Below are positions 1 to 10,827 of a DNA stretch of 64,000 nucleotides, piece after piece. Under the pieces are notes generated by a model, which saw only the letters and a list, made by a program, of their open reading frames with translations, searched no databases and was not told the DNA's origin. The position numbers and the translations under genes were made by a program. This DNA is from a virus: positions 1 to 64,000 of IMG/VR virus record IMGVR_UViG_3300045988_147517; one strand, written 5' to 3'. Every line of letters begins with the position of its first letter. The stretch's first letter is position 1.

Positions 1-1
1 A

Positions 2-931
2 AAAGAAGAAGAACGTCTAAAAGAACTTAAAGAGCAAACAGAAAAACAATATGAAAACACTCGTGATTATATTGTTGATATGATTGATGAACAAATAGAT
101 GCAGAAGATGCAAAGCTTGACGCTCTTGATAAAGAAAAAGAAGAGCAAGAAAAACTGCAAAAGATTGAAGAGGCTCGCAAAAAACTTGCAGAAGCCCAAA
201 ATCAAAAGGTTATGGTTTATCGTGCTGGTCAAGGATTTGTTTATGAATCAGATGCCGCCGCCATTGAAGAAGCTAACAAGGAATTAAATGACCTTCTTGA
301 AGAAGAAAAGTTTGACAAACAAAAAGAAGAAATCCAAGCAGAGATTGACCGACTAGAAGAACTCAAAAAAGCATGGGAAGATTCACTTGATATCAATGAA
401 GACCTTGAAAAATATGGGGTCTTGATGGATTGGATTAAAGCTTACGAAGAGGCAAACTATGAAGACCGACTTAATATGGCGGAAAAATTCGGGGAAGAAT
501 ATAGAAGAATCTTGAAAGAAATTGAAGATGCTCAGGCACATGTTTCGGATACCGCTTCGTCTCAGCTACCTAATTTTAAACCAAATGGTTATGCCAGAGG
601 TACAAATTATGTACAACAAAACGAAAAGGCGCTTGTCGGAGAAAACGGGCCGGAGTTAGTCAATTTACCGAAGGGTTCAGGAGTTTTAACATCAGATGAA
701 ACCAAAAATATGCGATTATGGGGAAGTATATCCCCGGTCGATATGTTTTCAAGCATTTGGAAATTACTTTCAGATGCACCACGATTTACATTTGATACTC
801 CAAACACCGCGCCATCATTTGATTTTAGCGCTTGGAATGTTGGCGTTGATTTTGATAGTGGGCTTGCGGATGCAATCAAGAATAACTTACAGAATACAGT
901 TATTCAATATTTATCAAAGAGGGATAGGTAA
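2..931 (+). CDS. Tail tape-measure-like protein, C-terminal part (5' end outside window)
   Basis: The frame is open from nt 2. A Glu/Lys-rich coiled coil is followed by GENGPELVNLPKGSGV, a motif typical of tape-measure C-termini. Tail fibre genes follow directly. Confidence 0.5.
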   Translation, partial: KEEERLKELKEQTEKQYENTRDYIVDMIDEQIDAEDAKLDALDKEKEEQEKLQKIEEARKKLAEAQNQKVMVYRAGQGFVYESDAAAIEEANKELNDLLEEEKFDKQKEEIQAEIDRLEELKKAWEDSLDINEDLEKYGVLMDWIKAYEEANYEDRLNMAEKFGEEYRRILKEIEDAQAHVSDTASSQLPNFKPNGYARGTNYVQQNEKALVGENGPELVNLPKGSGVLTSDETKNMRLWGSISPVDMFSSIWKLLSDAPRFTFDTPNTAPSFDFSAWNVGVDFDSGLADAIKNNLQNTVIQYLSKRDR

Positions 932-955
932 TATCCCTCTTTTAAAGGAGGAAAC

Positions 956-3900
956 ATGGACGATAAAAATACACAAGTTGTTGATACAATAGCGTCTGCA
1001 CTTGTGGATAGTATATACGACCAGTTAGGAACAGCCCCTTATGATAGAATTACAAACGGTAAACTTGTATCTTACGTGACAGAAAACACTTGTAAGGTTC
1101 TTGTGGATGGTCAAGTATATGTGGCAGAAATCTATGGCGCTCCTACCGTTTCAAAAAATGCTATTGTTAAAGTAGTTGTTCCACAGAATCAAGATTCAAA
1201 TATGTTTGTATTAATGCCACACGCTCAGGCAGGAGATTTGGCGCTCCTTATCCCGGGCGATTATATTTTGGGGGATACATACAATGGAACTACCACAAGA
1301 TTATGGGCTGTTGATGCTACAACCGAACCTACTGCTGGTAAGATTCCTGCATATGATGAAAATGGAGATTTACACGCCAATCATTTTATTGGTGGAATTA
1401 CATCAGAGGATATTTCTACTGATAAATTATCATTAGATGGATATATTATTTATCAAGACCAAGAAAACGCTAATACTAGCGCACATATTTTAAACTATGC
1501 TTATTATATCTTTAGGCAAGGAAGACGCTTATACGATGATGAAGAATTTGGAATTGGGTTAAATAGTATTACTCCATTTAATAATGGTTATACTGGAACT
1601 GGATTAAACGCTGTAACTTTAAATCGTGTTCAAGATGCAACCGCGCCAAATAGCACAGGGTATGTATTAAGTGTCACAACCGATAAGGATAGCACAGTTA
1701 CACCGGGTGCTGGGGGTATTACTCAATCTGTTCCATATGGCGCTAATAAACGCTTTGTAACTGTGATGAAAGCAAAGTTACCTGTAAACACAGAGATGCT
1801 TTTGTTTTCTAATGCATCTGGCTCTCAGGGAAATTATTACTTCATGAGTGATAACAAGGGGACAGGAAAGTGGGAAACATATGTTATTATGTGGAACAGT
1901 GGTGACCCCGGGCCGTTCTCTACAGGCGGAAGTATTTATGTTAATACTACTACAAGACCATTCACTTGGTCAATAGCGTCATGCACAGTTTTTGATATTA
2001 CACAATTAAATACGCGCTATGTCGAAATTGCATACAGGGCTTATAGCGCTGATAAGGTTGCTCATAATCTCATTTTTAAGGGATTTCAAGAAGCAATATT
2101 TAATGGCGAAGAAGACATTACAATTAACTTACCAACAACATTGCCGCCAAGCGGCCCTGCTGGTGGTGATTTATCTGGGAATTATCCAAACCCAACTGTT
2201 GCTAAATTCAACGGGCAGTTGCCAGCGTATTATCTGAACTATGTAAATTTAACGAATAAACCTACCATTAATAGTACTAACTCAGCAAGTTTGCCAACTT
2301 CTGCAAGCGAAACTATTACTGGTATGATTAATTTGCATCAAATTGCTAAAACAGGTTCGTATAATAGTTTATTGGCTAAACCTATTTTAAATACGAATAA
2401 TGCAACCGCGCTACCTGTTAATGCGTCAGAGCAAATATCGGGAACAATTTCTTTAAATAAACTTGCTAAAACAGGAACGTGGACAGATGTTTTATCACGC
2501 CCACAACCAGTTGATAACTTAACAAGTACATCTACTTTTGACTATCTAACTGCAAATCAAGGAAATGTCCTAAAAGGAATTACAGATGGGTTACAAAGCA
2601 ATAAATTTGGGGTTCAAGATTTAGTCGCTACAGATTTTAATGCATTTACCGTTCATGGAGAGTACTTTATTAATTACTCAACAATGACTGCAAATAAACC
2701 AGCACAATCCCTAAGTAATGGTGTGTTACTTGTTTTTAAAAATGGTAGTCATTTATCTCAGGTTTATATGCCTGTACAACTTGGTCAATTTTGGTATCGC
2801 GCTGGTAATGGCACTCCTACTACATGGCAAGGTTGGAGCAGTGTTGCCAATACGAATACAGCTAACACTTTTGCGCTACCCCAGACAATGCCAGAACTTA
2901 GTTTAGTAAATGGCAATAACACATGGCATTTCTTTAGTGAGGATAATCCAAATTCATCTGGTGGGACTGATAATGTTTATGTTTTAGAAAATATTAACGC
3001 AGGCACATCAGTACAGGCAATGTCTTTGAACATGACGCAGTACAAAGGATATATTTTTGGACAGGAAGTTCCTGTTTATAATGGTACCTATCCAGAAATG
3101 ACGGTTGGAAAAGTGTCACAACAATTGCGCCTTTACGGCCCAGACATCCCGGGTGGAGAGGTACTTTTTGATGGCGGTACAGCTACAGAAGCTTATATAC
3201 CAGCGGAAGTATTGGTTATTGATAATTTAGATTCTAACGATACCACAAATGCTCTTTCTGCTAGACAGGGTAATATCCTTAGCAAAAATAAGGCAAATCT
3301 TGTTGGCGGGAAAGTGCCTATTGAAGAACTTCCTGTTGATTTAATTGCTAGAACATGGGTTGTTACTAATAAGGCCGACCTTGTTACTTTAACAGAAGCA
3401 AAGCCGGGTGATATCGCTCGTGTTACTTCTGAGGACAAGGCTTATTTATTGACTGACTTACCACCAACCACTTTAGATAATTGGGTAGATATTACTAACC
3501 AAGGTGCAGTTGTTTCTGTTAATGGCTTAACAGGTGTTGTTACACTTAATATCGCAAATATACCGGGGCTAGATACAGCGCTCGCTAGTAAGTGGTCTTC
3601 AACTAATCCGCCAGCAACCCTAACAAGGGGAAGTTATTTAACTGGCGCTAACTATAATGGCGTAACCGCTACGACATGGGCGGTTGATGCAACCTCTGGG
3701 GATGCCTCTCCAAACAAGGTTGTTGCACGAAATTCATCTGGTCAAATTTGGGGGTCAACATTTGTTGGCACTGATGCAGACAGCACTTCTATGTCGGGAG
3801 CTCTAGCATATCGTGTAAATGGTACTAATGATAGACAGTTACGTTATTGCTCAAGCCCAACAGCCGTTAAGAATTGGTTGCAGCTCCCAAGTAAACTTCC

Positions 3901-4096
3901 AAATCCTTATGCTGTTACGTTTAAGGATGCAGATGGAAATCTACTCGGAACTTATGATGGTAGTGCAGCGGTTGAAATTACTGCTGGTGGGGGTGGCACC
4001 ATTCCTGATAGAATTGCTCTAGGCGATAACCTGTTCCAAATTAAAGCAGATGGTTTGTATTATAATGGCGTAAAAGTTATATTACAGACTGATTAA
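956..4096 (+). CDS. Large tail fibre / tail spike-like structural protein (1046 aa)
   Basis: SD aaaggagg lies upstream of the ATG. Tandem ~30-aa fibre repeats are present (LPTSASETITGMINLHQIAKTGSYNSLLAKP / LPVNASEQISGTISLNKLAKTGTWTDVLSRP). The composition is Thr/Asn/Gly-rich. Confidence 0.6.
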   Translation: MDDKNTQVVDTIASALVDSIYDQLGTAPYDRITNGKLVSYVTENTCKVLVDGQVYVAEIYGAPTVSKNAIVKVVVPQNQDSNMFVLMPHAQAGDLALLIPGDYILGDTYNGTTTRLWAVDATTEPTAGKIPAYDENGDLHANHFIGGITSEDISTDKLSLDGYIIYQDQENANTSAHILNYAYYIFRQGRRLYDDEEFGIGLNSITPFNNGYTGTGLNAVTLNRVQDATAPNSTGYVLSVTTDKDSTVTPGAGGITQSVPYGANKRFVTVMKAKLPVNTEMLLFSNASGSQGNYYFMSDNKGTGKWETYVIMWNSGDPGPFSTGGSIYVNTTTRPFTWSIASCTVFDITQLNTRYVEIAYRAYSADKVAHNLIFKGFQEAIFNGEEDITINLPTTLPPSGPAGGDLSGNYPNPTVAKFNGQLPAYYLNYVNLTNKPTINSTNSASLPTSASETITGMINLHQIAKTGSYNSLLAKPILNTNNATALPVNASEQISGTISLNKLAKTGTWTDVLSRPQPVDNLTSTSTFDYLTANQGNVLKGITDGLQSNKFGVQDLVATDFNAFTVHGEYFINYSTMTANKPAQSLSNGVLLVFKNGSHLSQVYMPVQLGQFWYRAGNGTPTTWQGWSSVANTNTANTFALPQTMPELSLVNGNNTWHFFSEDNPNSSGGTDNVYVLENINAGTSVQAMSLNMTQYKGYIFGQEVPVYNGTYPEMTVGKVSQQLRLYGPDIPGGEVLFDGGTATEAYIPAEVLVIDNLDSNDTTNALSARQGNILSKNKANLVGGKVPIEELPVDLIARTWVVTNKADLVTLTEAKPGDIARVTSEDKAYLLTDLPPTTLDNWVDITNQGAVVSVNGLTGVVTLNIANIPGLDTALASKWSSTNPPATLTRGSYLTGANYNGVTATTWAVDATSGDASPNKVVARNSSGQIWGSTFVGTDADSTSMSGALAYRVNGTNDRQLRYCSSPTAVKNWLQLPSKLPNPYAVTFKDADGNLLGTYDGSAAVEITAGGGGTIPDRIALGDNLFQIKADGLYYNGVKVILQTD

Positions 4097-4106
4097 GGAG
4101 GTATTT

Positions 4107-5933
4107 ATGGGTAATCAATTTTTAGGTAGAGCAGACACAGCAACGAAACTTGAAACGCCACGTACTATTTTTAGCCAAAGTTTTGATGGCACTGCCAATA
4201 TTAGTGGACAGGCACTAGTATATGGAAAAGCTGTTGATACACATCAATACAGTTATGGTGCGCTTCAAATTCGTGAAGCAGACCTTATTGGCAATACACA
4301 GACTACTGACAAATATGCTCCAAGGGTGAGTTTCCATTGGGCTAATCGCACGGCGGCCAATCTCTATATGACCTCTAGTGGAAGTTTTAAAGTTACTACT
4401 GGTAACGATGAGAGTCTTACAGACATATACGCAAGAAAATTTATTGGCGCTCTTTCAGGGAATGCGACTTCTGCTACAACCGCTACTACGGCAACATCGG
4501 CTAATAAGTGGACAACCGCCAGAACGTTAACGCTCTCAGGGAACGCTTCTGGTAGCGTATCATTTGACGGGTCTGCTAATATGGCACTTAATATCACCAA
4601 TCATTATGCAACAGGTTCTGATAGTTCAAATTGGCTGAATGTTCCTGATACGAGAGGAACTAACCCTGCGCCATCAGCTTTAACAAGAAGTGTTAGGTTT
4701 GAGTTTAAAGGGCACGCAACTATCAACAATCCATATGGTAATGACACCTATAATGGATTAATGTCCGCTGCATTCTATAGTGATGCAAGCGGTGGAAATA
4801 GATACCAAATAGCGTTTGGCTCCAATATGGCTACAATCCCATATCTTTCTATGAGAACAAATCCAGGTGGCGCTACTTCGTGGGGTGATTGGAAGTTACT
4901 TCCAACGATGAGTGCGGATAGTGGTTTTTGGGGTTTTGATTTTCCATCAAATAATACCTATTTAAGAACACCGCCAGATGGGTTGGTGCCAAACGCAGCA
5001 AGCTCTTCTGGTCTTGGGTATGTGGGGACATCAGCGTGGCCGTTTTTAGCGATGTATGCAAAAAAATTCTACGGTGATTTATCTGGCAATGCTGCAACAG
5101 CCACCAATGCAAGTCAGCTAGCATATTTTAAATGTACATCCAGTACTAATGTTGGTGTGGATGATGTAACAGCGAATGCGATTGGATATGTAAGTGGTAT
5201 TGGTTTATTAGGCAAATCCGATGGCGGATTGTTTAAACAAGTTTATAGTTCTGTGTGGGCTGGTGAAATATTTATTGACTATCGAACAGGCAACCTAGCT
5301 ACTCGCGGTAAAAATAATGGAACGTGGACGGCATGGAATAATATTGTTCGTAACACAATAAATTCTATACCACAGCCTATTGGTGGAGAGTATATTACAA
5401 ATGCACAATATACCACTGGTGCGCTACAAATAAAACTCCCCGTCGGTTATACATCATCTATGTTGAGATTTACGGTGGATATATTTGACTATGCAACAAA
5501 CCAATCGTGTACCTATAATATTGCAGGATATAATTATGGCTCAAATAGTAATTGGGTGAATTGCTCTGCTTATTCCCATGGGTATTTTAATTCTAACACT
5601 TCTAATCTCACAGTAAGTTTCTGCAAAACGGGCACAACTCCATGTGTGTGTATTGGCGATGTTGGTACCCGTTGGGATTATGTTCAGGTTAAGGTAAGAG
5701 ATGTATTCGTTGGATATTCAGGGTATACCTACGCCTTTCAACAAGGGTGGGGCATTTCATTTGTAACAACAATGCCAACAGTACAAACTACTGTTGCCAA
5801 TCCTGCGAACTGGTACAATGCTTATAATGCTGTAACGGCTGGTTCGGCCACGAATGCTACTCAACTAGGTGGTGTAGCGGCGGCTAATTATATTAACACC
5901 AGTGATACGCTTATTTTACGTGGTACAGTTTGA
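4107..5933 (+). CDS. Tail fibre protein (608 aa)
   Basis: SD aaggagg. Contains a phage-fibre repeat segment (SGNATSATTATTATSANKWTTARTLTLSGNASGSVSFDGSANMALNI) and a second SGNAATATNASQL segment. Confidence 0.6.
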   Translation: MGNQFLGRADTATKLETPRTIFSQSFDGTANISGQALVYGKAVDTHQYSYGALQIREADLIGNTQTTDKYAPRVSFHWANRTAANLYMTSSGSFKVTTGNDESLTDIYARKFIGALSGNATSATTATTATSANKWTTARTLTLSGNASGSVSFDGSANMALNITNHYATGSDSSNWLNVPDTRGTNPAPSALTRSVRFEFKGHATINNPYGNDTYNGLMSAAFYSDASGGNRYQIAFGSNMATIPYLSMRTNPGGATSWGDWKLLPTMSADSGFWGFDFPSNNTYLRTPPDGLVPNAASSSGLGYVGTSAWPFLAMYAKKFYGDLSGNAATATNASQLAYFKCTSSTNVGVDDVTANAIGYVSGIGLLGKSDGGLFKQVYSSVWAGEIFIDYRTGNLATRGKNNGTWTAWNNIVRNTINSIPQPIGGEYITNAQYTTGALQIKLPVGYTSSMLRFTVDIFDYATNQSCTYNIAGYNYGSNSNWVNCSAYSHGYFNSNTSNLTVSFCKTGTTPCVCIGDVGTRWDYVQVKVRDVFVGYSGYTYAFQQGWGISFVTTMPTVQTTVANPANWYNAYNAVTAGSATNATQLGGVAAANYINTSDTLILRGTV

Positions 5934-5962
5934 TTATATCATACTTATAGAAGGAGGTCAAT

Positions 5963-6367
5963 ATGGCTTTAGAATATGAAGATAAAAATGAATATGGGGT
6001 TGTAACAGGTTATCATCGTGTCGATAATGTAGTTTATGATTTTAAACAAGGCGTGATTCATTTTGATATGGTGAATTATGCAGATAGAAGTTTTAGGGAA
6101 AAAGAAATTGAATATGAGGAAGAAGTAAAAGAGAAGTATTTAAGGTACAGAGAGTTAGAAGCGCTAGGGAATACTCGTGATACTGATGATACAACAGAAT
6201 TCAATGGTATAGATTTAAACACTTTATTAGTGTGGAAAGACCTAGAGGAAGAGTTTTCTATATCTAAGACTCATTATACAATCCCTTTAACTGATGAAAT
6301 TAGGATTCCATTTTACACATTATTAACAAATCAAATTTTAGACTTTGAAGGCGGGGAAGCAGTTTAA
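5963..6367 (+). CDS. Small acidic protein, paralogue of 7056..7463 (possible fibre adaptor/chaperone)
   Basis: SD aaggagg. It shares the Y-H-[RK]-[VI]-D pattern and overall layout with 7056..7463. Its stop overlaps the start of the next gene (TAATG). Confidence 0.5.
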   Translation: MALEYEDKNEYGVVTGYHRVDNVVYDFKQGVIHFDMVNYADRSFREKEIEYEEEVKEKYLRYRELEALGNTRDTDDTTEFNGIDLNTLLVWKDLEEEFSISKTHYTIPLTDEIRIPFYTLLTNQILDFEGGEAV

Positions 6368-7035
6368 TGGCAACTAAAACATTAAACGCAAAAATATGTC
6401 AAGCCGCCAATACAAAAGCGGGGTTTGGAAGTGTTGTGCTAGGTCGTTTGCAACTCGCTTATGAGACAGATACAAACATGCTTAAGGTTGGAATTGGAGA
6501 GGGTATTACATATCCCGCACAACCTTATGCCGCTTTAGACACACCAGTAGGAACTACTGTTGAGATGGCAAAGAAAGTCGTACCATATGGATATTTGGCG
6601 CAAAATGGGCAAGCAGTTTCAAGAACCACGTATGCCGCACTGTTCGCTGTGATTGGAACAACATATGGTGCGGGTGATGGTTCTACTACTTTTAACTTAC
6701 CAAATCCAGACCAGAAGTGTACTTGGGGAACAAACGTTAATAGCGAAGTTGGAACAGTAAACGGTACGTTCTCACATTATCATAATACGAGTACCTTTGT
6801 TGCGGCTGGCGGTGCTATTAATAATAATTCAGGAGCGTGGGCATATAGCGCTATTGGACGTGATGACTCATATGGATTTAACTCTGGTGTTTATACCTAT
6901 TGGAAAGAAGGAGACGAAGGTACAATTACTAGTATATGGAATATTAATCATGGTTCTGCTTGTATGGATTCGAGCACAGGAATCACAAACCAAGTGCCAA
7001 GACTTTACCACACCTATAAGGTTATAAAATATTAA
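6367..7035 (+). CDS. Tail-collar domain receptor-binding protein, paralogue 1
   Basis: Collar motif GQAVSRTTYAALFAVIGTTYGAGDGSTTFNLPN. N-terminus is MATKTLNAKI... and the C-terminus ends ...KY, like its paralogues. Confidence 0.7.
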   Translation: MATKTLNAKICQAANTKAGFGSVVLGRLQLAYETDTNMLKVGIGEGITYPAQPYAALDTPVGTTVEMAKKVVPYGYLAQNGQAVSRTTYAALFAVIGTTYGAGDGSTTFNLPNPDQKCTWGTNVNSEVGTVNGTFSHYHNTSTFVAAGGAINNNSGAWAYSAIGRDDSYGFNSGVYTYWKEGDEGTITSIWNINHGSACMDSSTGITNQVPRLYHTYKVIKY

Positions 7036-7055
7036 TTATAGAAAGAAGTGATAAT

Positions 7056-7463
7056 ATGGCGATAGGAAAAATGATATCAGATGACTATGGAAGAAAAGCA
7101 ACTTACCATAAAATAGATAAAATTGAATTTGATTATTTATTAGATATTATATCTGTCACAGTTAATCATTACGTAGATACCGAAATGCGCAATGTTGAAA
7201 AAGAAGCTGAATCTGATATACAAAATGAAATAGATAAATATTATACGTATAAAGAATTATTTGCAGATGATGAATTAACCAATCGACAAACGCAAGAATT
7301 TTGTGGAATGAATATACAAGAGTTAGAAGCATGGAAAGTTCCACAAACTTTTATGGGTTCAACAATTTATAAATTAGAAGATACCGGGATTGATTTCAGA
7401 GAAAATCTTTATAAAGAAATTGTTAAAATTATTCCTCAATTACAAAATAGCAAAGGGGTATAA
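7056..7463 (+). CDS. Small acidic protein, paralogue of 5963..6367
   Basis: It has the same size (135 aa) and the same position upstream of a tail-collar gene as 5963..6367. The two sequences are similar by eye. Confidence 0.5.
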   Translation: MAIGKMISDDYGRKATYHKIDKIEFDYLLDIISVTVNHYVDTEMRNVEKEAESDIQNEIDKYYTYKELFADDELTNRQTQEFCGMNIQELEAWKVPQTFMGSTIYKLEDTGIDFRENLYKEIVKIIPQLQNSKGV

Positions 7464-7465
7464 TT

Positions 7466-8158
7466 ATGGCAGAAAAAACACCAGCCGCTGTACAATTTCA
7501 GGAAATGGTTCAGACGGCGGCTCAATGGGTATCTAGCAACCCTGTTTTATTAAAAGGGCAATTAGGGATTGAAAGTGATACGTTGATGGTAAAAGTCGGA
7601 AATGAAAGTAGTTTATATTCGGCACGACCATATTTACAAGGTGGTTGTCCTGTAGGCGGTATGATATATTACGCTGGCGTTTCAATTCCATCTGGTTACT
7701 TCCCATTAGATGGTAGAGCTATTTCAAGAACTACCTACTCTGCATTATATAATGTAATTGGTACAACTTGGGGTGCTGGTGATGGCTCAACAACATTTAA
7801 CATCCCAAATTCATATGGTAGATTTCCTCAGCATGTATCAGGTGGGCCGGATGCAGAACAATATTATGATGGATGGAATCATAGTCATAGTACATGGTTT
7901 ACGACTTATGCCAGCCATTTTAACACATCATCAGTTGGAAATACAGGTGATGATGGCAATAATAATTTACGTAGTTTGTGTTATACAGTTGTAAGCCCAC
8001 CAGCAGGAATAGGCTATACTTATGGTCTACAATGTCGTTGGAGTTACAATAATATTGCGGGAGGAAACAGATATGGAAACATATTGTCTCGGGGGGATGT
8101 TGCGGCTACTGAAGGGCCGTATCCAAAATTAAACTTATATGTATTAATAAAATATTAA
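7466..8158 (+). CDS. Tail-collar domain receptor-binding protein, paralogue 2
   Basis: Motif GRAISRTTYSALYNVIGTTWGAGDGSTTFNIPN; the protein ends ...LIKY. Confidence 0.7.
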   Translation: MAEKTPAAVQFQEMVQTAAQWVSSNPVLLKGQLGIESDTLMVKVGNESSLYSARPYLQGGCPVGGMIYYAGVSIPSGYFPLDGRAISRTTYSALYNVIGTTWGAGDGSTTFNIPNSYGRFPQHVSGGPDAEQYYDGWNHSHSTWFTTYASHFNTSSVGNTGDDGNNNLRSLCYTVVSPPAGIGYTYGLQCRWSYNNIAGGNRYGNILSRGDVAATEGPYPKLNLYVLIKY

Positions 8159-8170
8159 AGGGGGATAATA

Positions 8171-8827
8171 ATGGCAACCAAATCAGCTAATGCTAAAATA
8201 TATCAATATTACACAGTACCAGCAGTTGGTAATGGCAAGGTTATTCCCAATAAAATGTTAGCAGGAGAAACGTATGAGCATTATTTAAAAATCGGTAATG
8301 GTTCGACTGCTTGGAATGCATTACCAAGATTATGTGGGCAAACGCCTACGGGAACAATCATTGAATGGAATGGAACGACTGTTCCGGCGGGGTATTTAAA
8401 TTGTGATGGTGTAGCAGTTTCTAGAACTACATATTCAGCTTTATATAGTGTAGTAGGAACACGATATGGTGCTGGGAATGGAAGTACAACTTTTAATCTA
8501 CCAAATTTAGTGAATAGAACAGTACATGGTATAGGAAATTCGTCGGGCGTAATTGCGCAAGGAACTTTCGACCAAGCACATACACATGGCGCAGGAGGTG
8601 TCCATGCTGTCGGTGGTGCGTGGGGGCCATATACGGATTCATATGGATATCAAGAAAATTATGGCGGCTCCGCAGGAAATGCAACTTATGCCATGATATT
8701 CAGATACTTTATGGATAATGCTAAATCTGTTGGAGAGTGTACACACGCTACTGCTATTGGAAACAATAGCACCGCTGGTGGTAATCCGCCTCCATTTATG
8801 AAAAGAAAATTAATAATTAAATATTAA
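8171..8827 (+). CDS. Tail-collar domain receptor-binding protein, paralogue 3
   Basis: Motif GVAVSRTTYSALYSVVGTRYGAGNGSTTFNLPN. N-terminus MATKSANAKI; the protein ends ...IIKY. Confidence 0.7.
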   Translation: MATKSANAKIYQYYTVPAVGNGKVIPNKMLAGETYEHYLKIGNGSTAWNALPRLCGQTPTGTIIEWNGTTVPAGYLNCDGVAVSRTTYSALYSVVGTRYGAGNGSTTFNLPNLVNRTVHGIGNSSGVIAQGTFDQAHTHGAGGVHAVGGAWGPYTDSYGYQENYGGSAGNATYAMIFRYFMDNAKSVGECTHATAIGNNSTAGGNPPPFMKRKLIIKY

Positions 8828-8836
8828 GGAGATTAT

Positions 8837-9262
8837 ATGGCAAAGACTATTATTACAAAATCAGACGTAGAAAGACATCGTATTTTATTCAACAGAACAG
8901 GTTTACCAACAGAGGGTAGACAATATTTAATATTAGACGGAACAAGAGAACAACTTGAAAGTTGGCAACCTTGGATTGATTTTAAAGCCGCAAAACCAAA
9001 TTATGTATTTTACTACATTAATTTTGATGAAGAAAATGGTGACCCGCTACGCTATGATATTGTAAATTATGCCCAACAATTACCACCAGAAATGGGCGGA
9101 AGTTTAATGGGAAGTTGGGCTGGCTTATATCCCGGAGATTCTATGTTAGTAGCATATAATGATTATACTGAACAAATGGGGCCGATTCTTGAATTTATTC
9201 ATGGTAATATTGAAAATATGAGTCAGTATATTGTTATAGATGATGAAGCGGTAGGTGCTTAA
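8837..9262 (+). CDS. Hypothetical structural-module protein, paralogue of 9265..9675
   Basis: Shared motifs with 9265..9675: LPTE...Y[LV][IV]LDGTR.Q.E...PW..FK...PNY...YIN.D..NGDP.R[YF]DIV[ND]YA. Confidence 0.5.
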   Translation: MAKTIITKSDVERHRILFNRTGLPTEGRQYLILDGTREQLESWQPWIDFKAAKPNYVFYYINFDEENGDPLRYDIVNYAQQLPPEMGGSLMGSWAGLYPGDSMLVAYNDYTEQMGPILEFIHGNIENMSQYIVIDDEAVGA

Positions 9263-9264
9263 TA

Positions 9265-9675
9265 ATGAAGAAAGCAATTCCAACCACATCTATTGAGATG
9301 CATCGAATTAATAAACAACTCCCGGGATTGCCAACAGAAGTTGCTTGTGAGTATTTAGTTCTTGATGGAACTAGAAGTCAAGTAGAAAATTTGGCACCTT
9401 GGAATAGATTCAAAGAAATTCATCCGAACTATATCTATTTCTATATTAATATGGATGATGTAAATGGCGACCCTACAAGATTTGATATTGTAGATTATGC
9501 AATACCAGAAGGAGAACCGGGCTTTGAAACTATGAGAGGTTCTTGGTCTGGTGCTGAACCGGGAGATACTATGTTGGTGCGTTATAATGCAAAAGAAAAT
9601 ATTATGACAGAAGATATTATTTTCGTGAAAGGTAATATTGAAGAAGATAAATATTACTATATTATAGAAGAGTAA
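9265..9675 (+). CDS. Hypothetical structural-module protein, paralogue of 8837..9262
   Basis: Tandem duplicate of the preceding gene, with the same motifs. Confidence 0.5.
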   Translation: MKKAIPTTSIEMHRINKQLPGLPTEVACEYLVLDGTRSQVENLAPWNRFKEIHPNYIYFYINMDDVNGDPTRFDIVDYAIPEGEPGFETMRGSWSGAEPGDTMLVRYNAKENIMTEDIIFVKGNIEEDKYYYIIEE

Positions 9676-9714
9676 ATTCCTGCAATTAAAATTTAAATAA
9701 GGGAGGATTATACC

Positions 9715-10827
9715 ATGCTAACAACTCCTATTATGTTGTTGACAGTAGCGTGGGATGCTTCTCAGGTTCACACATTCCAGTTCAATGTCATAGGTGGTGA
9801 CCAAGCGGTGAAAAACCGCTTGGTCATCCGTGACCAAGAAACTAACAATATTGTGTATGACCAGACGCAAACCACATTTAAATATGAGCATCAAGTCATT
9901 CCACCTAATGGAATGCAAAATGGTAAATATTATTCAGCGCAAGTACAGACATTCAATGCACAAGGCGCAACCAGTGCACTAAGTCTCCCTATACAATTTT
10001 GGTGTTATAGTGTACCAACATTAGATTTTACTAACATACCTGTTGATAGAGTAATTCGTAATATCCAATATTCTTTTGATTTCACCTACAATCAAGCGCA
10101 GGGAGAAGCATTAGATTTTTGGGAGGTGCGGCTCTATGATTCAGGTGGGCACTTACTCACATCGAGTGGTTCACAATATCCGGGAAGTCCCGTAGTTCCA
10201 TTTCAAGGAAGTTATCTTATTGAAGGTTTAGATGATAATTCCAGCTATAGCATTCAGGTTGTTGGCGCTACTATTAACGGAACTGTAGTACAAAGTGAAA
10301 CAATTACTTTTACTGTAGATTACGAAAGGCCTTCACAGTTTGCCGTATTGCAATTAGAAAATAATGCTTGTGAGGGATATATTCGAATCACATCTAATGC
10401 GGCAATTATTGATGGTAAATCCAACCCATCCCCACCTGTATATATTGATGATTGTACCAAGGTAGACGCAAGGCCTGATGGTTATTGGGTTATGTGGGAC
10501 GAAGGATATCGGATTGATGGGAATTGGACTATTGGAATATGGGGAAGTGAATACAACATTAATAAACCTTTATTTGTTCAATGGACACCAAATAGCACCG
10601 ATAGAAATCCCGAAAGGTTGGAGATTACCTATAATGAATCATGGCAGGGTGGAACTGACCAACAATTGTATAGTTTTGTAAAAATGAAAGTGTGGTATCG
10701 TAACCAGACACCACATGTTGTTTATTCAAATTTAATTCCGGCCGTTACAGATGAACAAGTTTTTATTTGGGCTAGAAGAATTGATAATTTATTTGACTTA
10801 AGAGTTGAAAATTTGGGGGTGGTATAA
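9715..10827 (+). CDS. Tail/baseplate structural protein (370 aa)
   Basis: SD aagggagg. It lies inside the tail module. No family was recognised with certainty. Confidence 0.5.
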   Translation: MLTTPIMLLTVAWDASQVHTFQFNVIGGDQAVKNRLVIRDQETNNIVYDQTQTTFKYEHQVIPPNGMQNGKYYSAQVQTFNAQGATSALSLPIQFWCYSVPTLDFTNIPVDRVIRNIQYSFDFTYNQAQGEALDFWEVRLYDSGGHLLTSSGSQYPGSPVVPFQGSYLIEGLDDNSSYSIQVVGATINGTVVQSETITFTVDYERPSQFAVLQLENNACEGYIRITSNAAIIDGKSNPSPPVYIDDCTKVDARPDGYWVMWDEGYRIDGNWTIGIWGSEYNINKPLFVQWTPNSTDRNPERLEITYNESWQGGTDQQLYSFVKMKVWYRNQTPHVVYSNLIPAVTDEQVFIWARRIDNLFDLRVENLGVV